DNA of 64,000 nt from Zancudomyces culisetae HAW-14-8 (taxonomy: Eukaryota > Fungi > Kickxellomycota), in the NCBI GenBank assembly GCA_052426225.1, contig JBNJNM010000019.1, positions 95,184 to 159,183 of the forward strand, written 5' to 3'. How positions within the stretch are numbered: the stretch's first letter is position 1; each line of letters begins with the position of its first letter. The notes beneath the pieces were generated by a model. The model was not told the origin of the DNA and ran no database searches. It saw nothing but the letters and a program-made list of their open reading frames with translations. The position numbers and the translations under genes were made by a program. Shown in pieces: positions 1 to 14,600 of the stretch.

Positions 1-1526
1 ACATTTTTGATCCACCAAACATTTTGCTGGCTTTATGGGAAATAATTGGCAGAAATTTTTTGTCTTTCCTATTTACTTTGTTGCAGGAATACGGGAAAAC
101 AGTATATTTGTTATAAACCAAAGTAGTGAGTGCTGCCAATAATTTTGTTTTTTCTGCCATGTGCTAAACTTTTTTTGTTTTTGTTTTTGCATTTTGCATA
201 TGCGCTGCGGATTTCACTCTTTCATTTGCTGCGATACCCAAATTTCCACAGTATATACAAATAAAAGGACCAGTATTGCTGCTACTACAAGGATTTTCAT
301 ACAAAGTAAAAAAGTAAACCGAATGCTTTTCCCTACAATTCAACATCAAACGTCTATACCATACTACTATCTTGGAACCTTACCACCTTTTAATTTAAAA
401 ATATAGTTTATTATACATGTGTGCCCAGACATTGCCAAGTCTAAAAGACAGCGCGTAAAATAATCCCCAACATTCATCAGCTGGCGTTTTTTTTTTGTTT
501 TTTTTTTCATTTGTATCCGTACCAAAGTAGAAACGTGACATGTGAACAATCGGCGTGGATTCTAATGGCGCTTACTTTTATCACCAATACTTTTGTAGCT
601 GTGCGTTGATTGTTGTACCTTATAATGTCAATTAACGCAAAGCACATGCATTATGTGTGTTTCTACTTCAGCTTGCCCTGGGAACACTGAGTAAGCACTT
701 TTGGGAAATTTATGAATTCGATTTTTTTTTCTGATAATTTACACATCCCACACATACTGAACCACCCTTGAAAAATGAATACGATTGTTTGGTCATCTCT
801 ACCTTTACATGATCTTAGAGCACTTTTATATTCATACGCTGAAGAACTTATGTGCTACAATCCTCATTTGTAATTATCATCATCAAAAATGTGCATTCTT
901 CTGCATAATAAGTGAATCCATTACAGTTGAATGGGGATCAATGTGGTACGGTAAAAGGTTTTTCTTTGATGGATGCTGCTTTAGCACTGCAAACCTACAA
1001 CAATTTGTAGAAAAAACATCTAGAACTGATTAAGGCATCATAATAACTACTGATTTCAGTCTACATTCACTTTGCTTTGTAGCCAAATACCCTAACCCAA
1101 CATTTTTTTTTGTGAATATCCTACAATATACTGGTGGATTTTCTTGTATCTGAGCCCATAACTGCATATGCGTTTTCTTTTAGTCAGAGAAGAGCGATCC
1201 CCCTCTCACACATACATCCTGTATCAAAATAATCTTTTTCGCAGCGGCCTCGTGGTAAGTAAAGTTCAAAGCGGACGAGGCTTGCTACGTATATCTTTTC
1301 TGTGATTTTTTTGATGTTTTTCACAATCAAAAGCATTAAAAGCAAATTATAGAAACAATAAAAGAAACATTAAAGGTAAAACACAATTATTAGGCATTTT
1401 TATTGTTTTCCCCTCAGTGTTGAGGTTCCAATACATCAAATTAGTCTATTAAAAAATCACAACATGCCGAAAAAAATGAAAAGCTAAAAAATTATTTATC
1501 CTTTCCCCCCCCCTTCTTCGAGATAG

Positions 1527-2039
1527 TTATACTGTGGATTTATTTTGAGCAGCGAGGACCTCTTCAATTCTCTTTTGCATACTCTCTGGGGTGGTCAATG
1601 AGCTGAATCTATCAACAACATTACCTTGTCTATCTACCAAAAACTTTTCAAAGTTCCATTTGATGCTCTTGATTCCCAAAAGCCCTGACTTTTCAGACTT
1701 AAGATATCCATACACTGGACTTTCGTTTGCACCATTAACATCGGTCTTTTCCATAATTGGGAATGAAACTCCATAGTTTCTGGAGCAGAATTGGCCAATT
1801 TCTTCGCTGCCTCCTGGTTCCTGGGATCCAAACTGGTTACATGGGAATCCAATAATCTGTAGGCCCTCGGAGCTGTACTTTTTGTTAAGTTCTTCTAGAC
1901 CCTTGTATTGTGGTGTGAAACCACACTTTGATGCCACGTTTACAACCAGGACCACCTTTCCTTGGAGTTGTGAAAATGGAAACTCGTTTCCTTTCAAATC
2001 CTTGGCGACGAGTGAGTAGAATTTTGATGGTGCGCTCAT
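1527..2039 (-). CDS. GPX: Glutathione peroxidase (Cys-type, thioredoxin-dependent GPx/Hyr1-like)
   Basis: Motifs VNVASKCGFT (catalytic Cys, codon TGT), GFPCNQFGSQE, resolving Cys FCSRNYGV and WNFEKFL; single exon. Confidence 0.95.
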   Translation of the reverse strand: MSAPSKFYSLVAKDLKGNEFPFSQLQGKVVLVVNVASKCGFTPQYKGLEELNKKYSSEGLQIIGFPCNQFGSQEPGGSEEIGQFCSRNYGVSFPIMEKTDVNGANESPVYGYLKSEKSGLLGIKSIKWNFEKFLVDRQGNVVDRFSSLTTPESMQKRIEEVLAAQNKSTV

Positions 2040-3034
2040 TTTCTTTATCTTGTTATTCTATTTTACAATTTTATTGTGGTTAATCTCAAATCTCAAAATC
2101 CCGATTATGGTTCCTTTGATAAGTTCTTTACAGGTTCAAGCGATAGTGGAGAACCAAGAATAAAACATAAACAACTTACTTGAATATAAATCCCTAAAAG
2201 TACTGTGAAGACAAGTGGGAAGATAAAATACGCTTTATTTATAGTTTGCATTTTGTTGTTTTGATGTTTTGAATACTCAGTGTTTGACGAGCTGGTGAAG
2301 GACAAAAGAGACAGCTTGTGCCAAGAAAATTGCCGCTGTTCATGTTTTGTACAGATTAATTTTTTCAATTGGCTAGAACAATCATGGCTTTTCATTTTTC
2401 TCTTGACCCCATTTGCTCTCTAATTATCGGAAGTGTGCATGAATGTGATTTCTTTTCACGTTTTTTTTTATTCGGCTTTCCTTTTACTAAATAGCGGATT
2501 TAATGTCCATGATTCTAGCAAATAAAAAAATTTTTATTCAGGGAGAAATGGGAGGAAATATGAGACATGAACAAAATGTCGTATACCCGTCAGCTTTACA
2601 ACCAGAATCACATTCAAACTCACTAGTACTGCTTACTAATTATCATGGTGAGATTGGATTTTTATTCCATCCCATTCCATGGGCCAATAGTTCCAGCAAG
2701 CATTAAACCCAGCCTCCATCTAATCAGATTATATTTTATTAACATGACTGGAATCGGTGATAGTTCATTTGTTTTCAGCTAAAAGGCATCACAATCACTA
2801 CTGAAACACCATCTTCAAGGAGTGTATCAACACAGCTCGTCGAAAAAAACACGACGCACTTTTCACCTCAAAACAGTCCTTTCTATGGGTGATCGCAGTC
2901 TAAAGTTATTTATTTAACCTGCCCAGAAATATTGGATTACATAACCTCTTTATTGCGAATATTCAAGTGATAAAACCAAACAACTAATTGGTAAATTGAT
3001 CCTATCACCCCCCCCCTCCCCCTCTGAAAATACT

Positions 3035-4144
3035 TTAAATATCACATTCTATCCCCTTTCGTGTGCATAAACTTTTCTGGCTGTATTTATTAACAGAATG
3101 TGGATAGTTATATATTTCCATCGATCTTTGCAGAGCCAGCTCAGAGTTATCCGTGGATAATCCAACTCGGATATTGTATCTTTTTATTATTTCGGCCATT
3201 GAATCAAAATTCAATTCAAGAGAATTGTTTTTTATTACTTCTGACAGTATTGCACCGAGTACAGCATGCGCCTTTGATGTTGGGTGAATGATATCGTAAA
3301 AGAGGTACTGGTGTGGTGACAAGCATGCAGAAACCAACTGTAAATCGACAATTTTATAACAATCGTTTTCATAGTCGACAATTCCCATACATTTGAATGC
3401 AATTTCCTTGGATTTCATCATAGAAAGTATGCTATTAAATTTCACAAGTTTGATATAGTTCACACTGGAGCCATTTTCTTTCAAATGTGCATTTATAAGT
3501 TTGTTGAGTAAAATGTTTGAATTCCTGGTCAGCATCTCTATTCCCTTTCTAAAAAAAAACGATTTGTTTTTTGCTGCCGGTGTCATTGCGAGGTCAGGAA
3601 CTTCAAATACTATTATGTTTCTGTAACCATGCTCCACAAGAAGTAACACAGCTTCAAACAGCTCCTTGGCAATCTGAGTTGATCTTTGAATAATATCGTT
3701 TAATCCAACACTCTCCCTAGTAAACAAAGAAATAAAATCATTTCCACCTCCCTGAACCACAACCACTGAGTTATTTGTCTTGCATTTTTCTTTACTACAG
3801 TTGTATATCTTTAAAAAATCCTTTATTTGGTTTGTTACACTCTTTGTGGCTCTGACACTGACACCATGCATTTTAAGTGTGTCTTCCCGCTTTATTTCTG
3901 CCATTCCATATGCAAAGTTTATCAATGTGTAGTTGTTGAAATATGCCGTATATTCGTTCCATACCGGACCATCTGAAAACCTATCGTTCCAATAATCCAC
4001 TGGGTAAGGTACCTTGCCTTTGTTTCCTATATCCGATATGCTGTCTCCAAACACGACTAGTTTGGGATTCGGTAAAGTATTTGTTCTAGCTGCACTAACA
4101 CCAAGTAGTGATAGTATAAAAAAATGATTTGGATGTAGACGCAT
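3035..4144 (-). CDS. Secreted GDSL/SGNH lipase/esterase
   Basis: N-terminal signal peptide; block I VFGDSISDIGN, RFSDGPVW, block III GGGND, block V DIIHP. Confidence 0.9.
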   Translation of the reverse strand: MRLHPNHFFILSLLGVSAARTNTLPNPKLVVFGDSISDIGNKGKVPYPVDYWNDRFSDGPVWNEYTAYFNNYTLINFAYGMAEIKREDTLKMHGVSVRATKSVTNQIKDFLKIYNCSKEKCKTNNSVVVVQGGGNDFISLFTRESVGLNDIIQRSTQIAKELFEAVLLLVEHGYRNIIVFEVPDLAMTPAAKNKSFFFRKGIEMLTRNSNILLNKLINAHLKENGSSVNYIKLVKFNSILSMMKSKEIAFKCMGIVDYENDCYKIVDLQLVSACLSPHQYLFYDIIHPTSKAHAVLGAILSEVIKNNSLELNFDSMAEIIKRYNIRVGLSTDNSELALQRSMEIYNYPHSVNKYSQKSLCTRKGIECDI

Positions 4145-4724
4145 TTCCCCTTTACTGATACTTTACTTGGATAGAATATCCCACGTTCGTTCATTAATTA
4201 TTTTTTCCTTTGAAGAAAAATATTTTTCTGTTTTTAACCGAGTAAAGAAGGGACAAATATAAAAGTTCCGATGTGATTAGGGTTTGCTTCAAAACTTTAA
4301 AAGCTCACATAATAGTTAGAAATCAGGTTTATTTGTAATCATGAAATGGTAAATAAGGAATAAACCAAAGTTTTAATATACACATTTTTTACTTTTATTT
4401 GTACTTTTACTTTGTTGAGAGTAATTTGGGTCAAATGAATTATTTATGCTTCTAATTAACCTGGTTCTCCTGTTTTTTTATTCTTTTAATAAAAAAAATA
4501 CAAACTTGGTCTATACTATTAACCCGCAAGTCAAAAGTAAAACTCCAAAAATGATCGCACTTCCCAACGTTAACTGTAAAACTGCAAATGTTGTGTATTT
4601 AGACATTTAAACTAGATTTTATTGCTTTAAAGAGTCAGACTTTGAAAGGTACTAAACAAAGTTACAATTTATACTTTTAAATAACGCTAACAACAGCCTG
4701 GTTCTCATTTATCAGCGGGAAAAG

Positions 4725-5446
4725 TTATTCACCTATAATATATTAAGCCATTGGATTTCTTGTTAATTTTCAAAAACACAATTTAGCCAGTATAAACAAA
4801 TATTACTAAAAAAAACAAGTTTACCTTTTGTATATCCAATTACACAGCAGCCAACTCTACCACCAGCATTTCCGGTTTCCAAAGAGGTTGAGTTACCACC
4901 CTTGCCCAAATCATCCCTTTGCGCATGAACAACAAGTCCTCGTCTATTGAAATCATTATTGGTTTTGTTAGTCTTCTTTACGTATATTCTGAATACAAGT
5001 AAAGGTAGATATGCATGGAGGCATAGTGCTGCAATATCACACCACCTGTGCCAGCTATTTATTTTTTATTTTGTTTATCAAATATTGATTGTATAAACAG
5101 TTTACCCCATGATACTGATAGGCCCATAGAGATTTAGACCGTCATCATCTATGTTGATTGTAGCTTTTCCAGAGTCATCAGCAGAAATATTTCCCAAGTC
5201 GCCAACATGTCTGGCAGAATCGTTGATATCACCGTGGACATGTCCAGTGGGATTGTAGTGCGTTCCAGCTCCCATACATGCGTTGGATGTATCTCCAAAT
5301 TCGTGTATATGAAATCCGTGAAGTCCTGGAGTTAATCCCTCCAAGCTACCTGTGATTTTTACAACAGAACCGGGTGCCTCTTGTTTGAAATAGATAGTCC
5401 CGAGGATTTTTGCAGCACCCACTACTATACACGAAGCGTTTACCAT
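4725..5446 (-). CDS. SOD1: Cu/Zn superoxide dismutase; exons 5446-5106, 4943-4825 and a probable 8-nt terminal exon 4732-4725
   Basis: [25 protein letters not shown]; a GT-AG intron joins to [31 protein letters not shown]; the last exon is less certain. Confidence 0.92.
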
Positions 5447-7761
5447 TATTTTATTGATGACTGGTTGTAAAAGAGTATATATATTCACGCTTATAGCTTT
5501 GGCTCGTTTGTTTTTCGTAGTTTAAAAATTAGACTATTAATATAGCTTTGTTAATAAATTATATATGTGTTTTGAGACTTTCAGTTTTATTTAAAGGATG
5601 TCATATTTAAAGTCTAGGCAAATTTTATTTATGTGATTGTAGTTATATTGGATTGTTTCATTTTTCTAAATATTTTTTTTTACAAAAAAAAATACACAAT
5701 TAAATCCAGGCGGTGAAAGAGGAACGATACGAAAATAGCCCTAAACCAACAAAAGTTGTAATAAAAGATATAATCACAGAGCCGCAATAATTATGTTTTG
5801 AAATTATTGTGTAATTATAAGCAAATCAATGGCGGGGAGGGGTGGGGGAAGGGGAAGTAATAAGAGGATGGATTAATACATTATTAGACATGACTTTTGA
5901 TTGTGAAAGAAAAGGATAAACAGAGAAAATGTGGTTGAAGAAAATGTAAAATGCTCATTTACACAGAAATACTGCAACAAGACAATGGGACTATTTTGCC
6001 ATTAATTTATTTCGGAGATTATTCTGAATCACCCTTTTTCTTAGCCGCTTATCTGATATCAAAAATGGCATCCAAGAAACATTTTTCCATTACCAGGCAT
6101 TTATTATTGCAAAAGTGGAGGTGTGAAAAGGCGAGCATGATGAAACCATTATTGGGTAGGTGTGGTTTGGTTGGCACTAGTTAAAATAAAAAATAAAGCT
6201 GGAATGCCGTAAATTAAAAACCTATGCGCTATAGGAAGCATGTGTTTGCCATTTGTGGATATAAACGAATTTGATGAGTAGACTGGACTGATCATGTGTT
6301 ACTGTTTTATGTTGGAAAAGGAAATATAAATTTTTCTAGTATTCTCAAGCTATGAACAGTTCAAGCTAACCATTAATTCACATATGCCTACAATGAACCA
6401 ACCACCCCCCCTCTCCTCCCCTCTCTTCCACTTATTGATTCCCATGTTTTTGGAATACTAAGCTAAAATAAAACAGTACGAATATCTGAATCAATTTCAG
6501 CTAAAATATTGCTAGTTGCACTCGCAAGTAAGACCAGTGGGGTATTTTTTTATTTTTATTTTTATTTTTATTTTCTCACTTGTACGAGACAGGAAAATTC
6601 ATCTTAATGCGCTAGCAAGATCAACCGTCAATCTACCAAGTAGTAAATAAAAGAAATCCTGAAGACTTAAGTACCATCTACATAGCTGCCATATCACACT
6701 AATTGCTATGCGATTTTTTGGGCAACCTTATTGAATGGAGGTGGGAAATGGATCTCCCAAAATTTATAAATTTGATAAAAATGTGGCGCAAAATGATCGA
6801 AATTGGTTGGAAAGGTTATGTTTGTGTTTCTTTGAATATCGTACATCGGGTTTTTTAATAAAGTTATTGGTTTCTTATGACGCCTCAATTATTTTACGTA
6901 CCTTGAAAAAAATATGATCAATGCTCAGTAAATAGTCTTTAGCTGATCAAAGGAGAGTAATAATGGTCAACTTTTACTGCTTTGAAGATGAACACGTAGA
7001 ATCAAACTAAATTAAATCAATTAATATGATATGATATAGTGCAAAAAAAAGAGTACGAAATGTCATATTTGGTACAAAAAAAGTACAAGCAAATAAATCA
7101 TGTCTAAATAAATCCCATTTGTATTAATTTGTAATTAGCGGGTAGAGCTTGGCAAATCCAGCAAACAAAAGGGTTAAAGTCCAGATAAGAGCGGGTGATT
7201 ATAACGGGATGTTCATTTACACTGCTAAAATCAAAATGGGAGTATCTTGAAACAGTATTTACATGTAAATACTGATGCACTTGAATATCTTGGTTGTAAA
7301 CTACAAAAAGATTGTTTGTAAAAAATAATAATTTAAAGTCCTTCTATTGACTTGATTAAGCACCTTCCAAGCAATAGGGAAGGGAGAAGGAGAATAGAAA
7401 AGAGTTTTGAAGATATTAAAAGTACAAAAACGTGATAGATCCCGAGATTAAGCGAACTTGTAAAAGATGTTATTATACTTGATACTGATTATTCAATTTT
7501 TGAACTATTAATACAAAAAAATTGATAAAAAGATGATATAATATAGCGGAAACAATACTGATACTGAATACAAGTTTTAAATAATTTTAGATGTTAGCTA
7601 ACTTTTTTTTTTGTATAGTAATATATTGTTAATATTGTTAATATATTTATATTTTTTTTAAAAAAAGAGAAAACAAATGGCAAAGTAAGCCAGTTTGTTA
7701 ATACATTATACTATAATATTGATACTAACCGTTAATATAACACAAGTAATTCTTGGAGACT

Positions 7762-9027
7762 ATGAAGTTGTCGGCAATTTGGAACGCGATAGTAATATCA
7801 TGCATTTCACAAAACACACTGTACACATTTGGGGAGAAATATCTATTGGTTTTTGGTGATGAATTATCAGATATAGGTAATATAAAGGAATTCAAGCAAA
7901 AAAAGGCTGATTACTTTTATCACCGGCATACTAATGGACCAGTTTGGAACGAGTACCTAGCACACTACGGAAATTATACACTGATAAACCTGGCGTATAG
8001 TAGAAGCCTGTTTGAAAAAAATGAATATATAGATAAGAACAAAAACATAGTAGGAATAACAAAATCGATAGAGTATTTCGATAAAGCAGTTGGGGTAAAG
8101 TTGAAAAGTATGAATGGTAGAAAGACTGACATTGTAGTTGCAATCCAGTTGCCATACAGAGAGCTAATTCGAGAAGCAAGGTTGTTAGCTAAAGATTTTT
8201 CTAGGTCTGACGAGGCAATAAAGCGTGTGGTTGACAGGTCATTAAATGTTGTGAACATGATTACAAAACACGAGTATCGAAACATTGTTATATTGAACTA
8301 TGGAAACATACAACTTGCACCACGATATTGCAAAACACGACAAAAGAATGGTATGGATGGTATGGATAGTATGGATGGTGAAAATCATTCTAACGATAAC
8401 AATCTTGCACAGAGTTTAAATTATCTTGCAAACAGTATCAATGCCTCGCTCAAGTCAACGCTCAGAAAACGGCTGAGAGAATCAAAAGTCAACGCAAATT
8501 ATGTTCGGATACTTGATCTACACAAAATAACCTCCGTAAACGACCACGATACATTAAAAAAAATGGGGATAGATGTAGGAGATACAAGGGTGTGGAACCA
8601 ACCGTGTTACCAAAGCGTTCCAGGATCCGACTACCCTATTAAATGTGACAATCCAGATAATCATATATACTTGGATGATGTCAACTATACAACCAGGTAT
8701 CACGGGCTGATAGGAGCAATGGTTAATGAGCTAATAAACAAGGGTGAAAGGAATGCGAATATCAAACAAGCCCTATTGAAGGCCATAAAACACTACAAGA
8801 TTAGCGAGATAACACAAAGAAGCAATGCACTGTATACCGAATATTCCAAGTATACTGGAAAACTAAGGATAAAGGAATTTGGAAATAACACACTGAGTTC
8901 TATTTTTGAAACTAAATTGGAAAAGGCAGAACGCCTAATGGTGCCGAAAGGAAGGCATCGCCAATGGAATAGAAAACACAATTTTTCAGTGGTGGAAATG
9001 GAGAGGGAGAGGGAGAGGGGTAGGTAG
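7762..9027 (+). CDS. Secreted GDSL/SGNH-fold protein lacking catalytic residues
   Basis: Signal peptide; VFGDELSDIGN and NGPVWNEYLAHYGNYTLINLAY align with the 3035-4144 paralog; catalytic Ser->Glu and DxxH->DDVN. Confidence 0.85.
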   Translation: MKLSAIWNAIVISCISQNTLYTFGEKYLLVFGDELSDIGNIKEFKQKKADYFYHRHTNGPVWNEYLAHYGNYTLINLAYSRSLFEKNEYIDKNKNIVGITKSIEYFDKAVGVKLKSMNGRKTDIVVAIQLPYRELIREARLLAKDFSRSDEAIKRVVDRSLNVVNMITKHEYRNIVILNYGNIQLAPRYCKTRQKNGMDGMDSMDGENHSNDNNLAQSLNYLANSINASLKSTLRKRLRESKVNANYVRILDLHKITSVNDHDTLKKMGIDVGDTRVWNQPCYQSVPGSDYPIKCDNPDNHIYLDDVNYTTRYHGLIGAMVNELINKGERNANIKQALLKAIKHYKISEITQRSNALYTEYSKYTGKLRIKEFGNNTLSSIFETKLEKAERLMVPKGRHRQWNRKHNFSVVEMERERERGR

Positions 9028-9259
9028 TAAGAAAGGTGTTATGACTTTTATCAGAAAAATAGCCATATAGTGTGGCAATAATAGCTCACTTTTTATTTAA
9101 TTTAATTTAATTTTTCAGATTTGGTTTGTAATCGTATTTCACATGTAATAAAAGCAAAAGAAAATGGAATACAAAGAAAGACAATAAAAAAAGAGTTAGT
9201 AATAATAGACAGTAAAAAAAAAAAGAAAAAAAATACCAGGTTAGATCCAGATGGTATTA

Positions 9260-10982
<1,723 letters not shown>

Positions 10983-11611
10983 CTCCAAATAAATAAATTT
11001 AAAAACGCGTTGTCGTGCTTGATAACCAAACTATTATAAAAGACAATAGTTTGAATTTGTTGAACAAACTAGTAACTTTATATTTAAATTGTACTAGTTT
11101 TATATTTTTTTTTAGTTTATTTTATTTTATTTTATTTTACAGAATTCAGATATATATTTATATTCGCAATAAAAAAATTTAGTCTTTAATTCTTCCAATT
11201 AACGATCAAGGACTTCATTTGCATTATAAAAAATAAAAGATTAAAAAATTTTTTATCACTTGCTGTTCATGTTGTATTTAAAGTAAAATAAATAATTATT
11301 AATTAATATTTATGCGAATAAAAAGATGAAATAAAAAAATGCTTGAAAATGCTTTTCTATAATTCCTAAAAAAACCTCACGGATCATCAATATGGGTTTC
11401 AATTGATGACAAAAAAAAAGCAGTAAATAAAAAAAAAGAATGTCTCTGAATATTTGTAATGATATAAAAATTCAAGTAGTGAAAGAGATATAAAAGACAT
11501 TGGATTAATTATTATATTCTATACAAAAAATTCGAAAAAAAACAAAAACAAGAACAGAAATACCGATTCCTATTCTTCTGTAAAAAAAAGGAATAAAGAA
11601 AACTATATGAT

Positions 11612-14600
11612 TTACCAAAAAGTTTCTAAATCGTAAAGTATAGATTTGGTAACATATAAAACCAATTCATATTCATAATCATAATCATAATGATAATCAA
11701 ACTCCGCCGTTGGACCAGCATTATTAGTTTGGAAAAAATAGTTTCTGGTAACAAGAAATGAGACCAAATCGTATAGATACATGGATGAGTTTGGTGCTTT
11801 AAATATTTTGTGAGGTTCTTGTTGAGCTGAAAGATCACCCGCTTCCATCAACAGACAGTTGGTGATTATTTTAACAATGAGTGGGTAGAGCGTAGATAAA
11901 TGAGGTTTTATAAAGATATCTGGGTGGGATGATATCAGATCAAGTAAAGGAAGCTCGGTATCATTGTCAATAATTATGGGAGAAGCTGTAGGAGTAGTGC
12001 TATGAGATTGGTATGACGATGAACAAGAAGGCTCAGAGAAAAGAGTGGGAGAAGAAGAGAAGGAAGAGGAGAAGGAAGAGGAGAAAGTAGAAGAGGAACG
12101 ATGAGTATTGTCAGCAAATAATGTATGGTCAGATACTAAAAGTGTGGAAGCGTGGGTGTGATAAGTTCGCTTAAAGAAATCAAGTAAAGAGTATACATGG
12201 TGGTTGACAAGAGACACAGACCACCAATTGTTTGTATTTGTAGAAATAGTAAAGATGGTATTTGAGGATTTGGAATGAGAATCACGAGACAAAAAACGAT
12301 TATTATTATTATTATTGTTGTTGTTGTTGTTGTTTGATTTAGGTAAGGTTGAAATAAATGGACTCGAATAGTATTTTGGAGTAAAAATACAATTTAGATT
12401 AAATTGGTTTGGAAATTCACACGTGGAGGATTTTGAAGAAGAAGAAGAAGAATGGCGGTTTAAAGAAAAGGAAGAGATGATATCCAAACCACATTTAATA
12501 TTGGAAGTTGATAGTAACGCAGAGTAAGGTGAGTCCTTTGTGCAAAGAGAGGTGGTTGGAATAGTTGATAAATAAAGAGATATATCGGTACGTAGTCGCG
12601 AAACGACATGAATATACGCTGTGGTTAGGAGTTGGTTGTTGGTAGTGGAATGGAAAAGAAGGGAGGAAGGAGTTGCAGGGGTTTTGAGGAATGCAAGACA
12701 ATTTTCAAGAATAGGAATGTTATTGTTGTTGATGTTAAAAGAGGAATCGATAGTATTGACAGATGGAAGAGAGTATAGATTGAAAATACCCGATTTATGA
12801 ATGGAAGCAACAAGCGAATGGTTTAAAAACATACAGTTTAAGGTAAGACTTCCGGAATTAGCAGAATTCAGCCACACAAGTTGGTCGTTGTTGGGTTGGG
12901 ATTCTGGAGTATCAGTGTTAAGAGGCGTAAACAAAAAAGTCAACAAGCCCAGAGTATGAGAACAAGCAGAAATTAACCAACTAGGTTGAAATTCAAATTC
13001 AGATTCAGATTCAGCTTCATCATTGGTATTATTGGTATTATTGGGTTTGTTGGTAAATTGAATGCTTTTGATATTGGAAATATCCCAACCACAGTTATAA
13101 GTAGCACATTCGACCCATTTCTTATTTAATAGCAGTTTACAAATAATCAGATTGCAGCCAGACCCAATTGCCAGATAGCGACTATCACCATCATAACTCG
13201 GATATTCAACAGGACTATTATCGTCAAAGCTATCGATAGTATTTTCCAGATCAGTACAACTAGTGTTGTGTTCTAGAGGGTGGATACAAGTAACGGGAGA
13301 ATTAAACTTTTTCTCCCATACGTATTTGAGATGGTTATTTTTGATTTTATAAAAAACCAAATTTCCAAGAATCTTGCCATTACTATTGTTACTAGTATTA
13401 GCATTGATATTAGTATTAGCATTAGCACTAGTATTAGTATTATTATTGCTGTAAAATAATGGTTGACTAGTACCAAGAATCACAAATCCATTATATACAT
13501 GATAATGCCCCATAACTCTTTTGCTGTTCAATCCCATACCCTTGTTTTTCTTTCTAAAAAACCAAGTTGGAATTCGCCATTGGGTTATACAGTTTATCTG
13601 CTGGTTACGCGCCAACTCTACACAACTTATCACCTTGATACATGTCGAGCATTGTTCCAACAAAAAAACATTGTTGCTGTCTGTTGAAACACCGACTATC
13701 AGTTCTGGTGTAAGTGATGTTAGAATCGATAGTGTCGTTTGGGTTTGTAGATTTTTGATCGAGGTAAAACGTGAATTTGTATTTTTCATCAGTTCATTTT
13801 CCTTATTATCATTATCATTATAATTATCATTACCATGATTGTTGTTGTTATTGTTGTTGTTGTGGGTATGATGATTGTCACAACCAATACTGGAATATAT
13901 TATTGGTTGCGACTCCATATAAATACTCACAGTGTAAATTTTATTCATATCACTATAAAGTATAACGTTTTTAATAGGCTGCTCGAATCCATAATTGCAT
14001 TGTTGTCTAGCTGTATCTGTATCTACATATGTATCTACATATGTATCATCATTTGTATTAGCTGTAAATATATATTCAATTTGATCTTGTTTGTTTTCAA
14101 AATGAGGAATAACAAGCCTTTCAAACTCCAACTTGGAGTTAAATCCTTTTGCTAATGAACATTTGTATCCAGTACTACCCGAAAATACCAACAATGATGA
14201 GGAAACAGATTGATTGTCTATAGTTGCTGTTGTCATTCCCATCATATAAATCGGACTGTTTGTACCAAAATCTATACAATTGGTTGAAAATCTAAATGGT
14301 AATAAAATTAGCTGTGGTGGTGAAACGTCCGATGGTTGTGGTTTTGACTGATCAAGGTTGTAGTTGATGTAGATTTTAAAAGTAAATAGTATCCCAATCC
14401 TTGTACCAACCACCAATACAATTATATTTTCTTTTTGATGTTGTGGATTTTCTAGTATTGCCAAGCTATTTACTATTGGATATACCAGGTTTTGCTCGAA
14501 AAAACTTTTCCGTTTACATTGAAAATCAAAATCAAAATCAAAACCAAAACCAAAACCAACATCACAGTTACATTCACATTGTGTTACTCGAGTCACAATA

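Noticed and set aside
1247-1281. GCCTCGT/ACGAGGC hairpin downstream of GPx as a SECIS or Pol III element
   Set aside because: No AUGA/GA quartet on the sense strand, only 7 bp of stem, and no convincing A-box
1527-2039. GPx as a selenoprotein (some early-diverging fungi encode Sec)
   Set aside because: The catalytic codon is TGT (Cys) and there is no in-frame TGA
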